Below, in pieces: positions 60,109 through 64,000 of a DNA stretch of 64,000 bases. A model generated the notes under the pieces. It was not told the origin of the DNA, made no database searches, and saw only the letters and a list, made by a program, of their open reading frames with translations. Both the position numbers and the translations under genes were made by a program. Positions within the stretch are counted from its first letter, which is position 1, and each line of letters starts with the position of its first letter. Where the stretch lies: assembly GCF_009914755.1 (NCBI RefSeq), contig NC_060931.1; one strand, 5' to 3'. The DNA comes from the human T2T-CHM13v2.0 reference genome, Homo sapiens.

Positions 60109-60583
60109 CCAACAATACATGGGGTGGCTGGCCTCGTTAGGAAGGGCATGTCCCCAACATCACACTCAGATCCCCCTCCCGCACCCAACAACTGTCTCCC
60201 CGATGTGACTTTGTGTTGTTCTCTCACCCCCACCTCCAGCCCACCCCATCCCTGAACCAAGACTGTCCTTTCATGCTTTGCCTTCAACATCCAATTACAG
60301 AATCATTGATCCTGCACTGGCTGTCCTCTATCTCAAGCCATCCATCACTTAGGCATTTGTCAGGGACAGAAGATGGGCCTGGCTGGATGCTGGACCCGCC
60401 GATGTTATTGGAAAACTATGCTTGCTGATTTAAAACAAAATTCTGTTTGTGCTTTTTAATTGCATCTAGCCCAAATGTTGCTGAGATGGATTCCCTGGTC
60501 TCTTTTAACAAATAAGTAAGCATTAATTGATTAATTCATTCTACAAGTATTTGTGGAGTCTCTGCTAGGTGCTAGGGACTTTA

Positions 60584-61908
<1,325 letters not shown>

Positions 61909-61953
61909 GGGGTTAGTTAGGGAGTTCGAGCCCTACCTTTATTCCTTCAGCCA

Positions 61954-62333
61954 CTGTTGTACACTGTGTCCCTCCAAAATTCATCTGCTGAAGTCCTAAC
62001 TTCAGTGGGTCTACTTGTGGAATAGGGCTTTTAAAGACAAAATTAAGGTTGAATGGGGTCGTAAGGGTGGGTCTTAATCCAATAGAACTAGTATCTTTAT
62101 AAGAAGAAAAAAACTTGAGAACAGACATTACTGTGCACAAAGGAAAGGCCATGTGAGGACAGAGCAAGAAGGCGGCTGTCTGCAAGCCAAGGAGAGAGGC
62201 CTTAGCAGGAACCAACCCTGCCAACACCTTGATCTTGGACTTCCAGACTCCAGAACTGGGAGAATATAAATTTCTGTTGTTTAAGCCATCCGGTCTGTGC
62301 TATTATCTTACGGCAACTAGAACAGACTAATAC
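61954..62333 (+). mobile_element. MLT1A/B MaLR LTR
   Basis: TGTGTCCCTCCAAAATTCAT...GACTAATACA. Confidence 0.85.
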
Positions 62334-62429
62334 AGTTCTTCAGAGCCAACAGGACTCTCAGCTTGAGGGGCACCAAGAACACATGTTTGGGACAGACGTG
62401 CTCTTGCACAATGGCAATGGCTCCACTAA

Positions 62430-62696
<267 letters not shown>

Positions 62697-63120
62697 TGAA
62701 CTTAGAAAAGTAACTTAAACTTCTTAGAAACCAAGAACTAAAGAAGTTGCAGGCTGAGTGTGGTGGCTCATGCCTGTAATTTCAGCACTTCAAGAGGCCG
62801 AGGTGGGTGGGCCACTTGAGGTCTGGAGTTCGAGAGCAGCCTGGCCAACATGGTGAAACCCTGTCTTGACCAAAAATAAAAAAGTAGCTAGGTGTGGTGA
62901 TGTATGCCTGTAATCCCAGCTATTCGGGAGGCTGAGGCAAAATAATCGCTTGAACCTGGGAGGTGGAGGTTGCAGATAGCCATGATTACATAATCACTGC
63001 ACTCCAGCCTGGGTGACAAAGTGAGACTATATCTAAAAAAAAAAAAAAAAATGGAAGTTGCAAGGATAGGGTCAGAGGTACGGTTGAAAAAAAAATAACA
63101 GAGGTCATCTGCACCCTGAA

Positions 63121-63815
63121 ACAGTGGTTCTCATTCTTCCAAGCCCTGTCACCTGGAAGACTTGTTAAACGCACATCACTGGGCCCTACCTCCAGAGTTT
63201 CTGATTGAGTAGATCTGAGTTGGGGCCTGAAAATGAGCATTTCTGTTTTTTCAAAAAGAACGTATTTTTTATAGATTCAGGGAGTACATGTGTAGGCTTG
63301 TTCACATGCACATATTGCATGGGGGTGGTGTTTGGGCTTCTGGTGAACCCATCATCCGAATAGTGCACACTGTCCTCAGTAAGTAATTTTTCTTCCCTCT
63401 CCTCCCTCCCAGTCTCCTCCCCTTTGGAGTCTCCAACATGTGTTATTCCCCCCCTGTATGTCCATGTGTATTCATTATTTAGCTCCCACTTATAAGTGAG
63501 AACATACAGTATTTGCTTTTCTGTTTCTGAGTTATTTCACTTAGAATAATGCCCTTCAGCTCCATCCATGTAGCTGCAAATGACAGGATTTCATTCTTTT
63601 TTATGGCTGCATAGTATTCCATGGCATATGTGTACCACATTTTCTTTGCAGAACCCACCACCGATGGACATTTAGGTTGATTCCAGGACTTTGCTATTGT
63701 GAATAGCACGGTGATAAACATGAGTGCAAGTGTCTTTTTGTGAAAACAGGCATTTCTAACAAGTTTCCAGGTGATGCTGAGGTCACAGGTCCTGGGGCCA
63801 CACTTTCAGAACCAC
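63121..63815. mobile_element. MER5A split by reverse L1PB 3' end (~63246-63740)
   Basis: CAGTGGTTCTCA...GCATTTCT / GCATTTCTAACAAG...AGAACCAC. Confidence 0.78.
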
Positions 63816-64000
63816 CATGTGGCCTTGGGTCCATAGTCATTTGAAACTTCCATTAAGATGGCCCCAGGCCCAGAATGGGGGAGGGAAAAATGGAGAGCTT
63901 ATGCTGCAGAGCAACATGACAGAGACAGCCCTGAGCCATGGAGAATGGAATGACTCAGTTATCCTGGCAAATTCAGATAAGGCTGCACAGGGAGGGCATA

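Overview
Human (primate) intergenic DNA, dense in repeats (about 45 Alus including a young AluYb8, plus L1, L2, MaLR, ERV1 LTRs and DNA transposons). I found no intact protein-coding gene or RNA gene. The standout is a ~13.8 kb HERV-I-type provirus (LTR10B-like LTRs at 15981-16477 and 29277-29748, tRNA-Ile PBS). Most of its gag-pro-RT region is replaced by two sense-oriented host mRNA fragments: the 3' end of NET1 (C-terminal codons, stop, ~1 kb 3'UTR) and the 5' end of PLEKHA4 (first 28 codons, probably with 5'UTR), fused to the viral integrase. I see no poly(A) tail or TSD on either fragment, which suggests retroviral transduction of two cellular transcripts. Both LTRs carry four tandem p53 half-sites, an env segment is duplicated internally, and a full-length L1PA7-like element later inserted at the NET1 stop codon. 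Elsewhere: two long inverted repeats, a consensus CTCF site, two MER41B LTRs with GAS motifs, solo LTR7B and LTR12 elements, and a twin-primed L1. Gene and subfamily names come from memory of the sequences, not from database searches; boundaries without a TSD are approximate.
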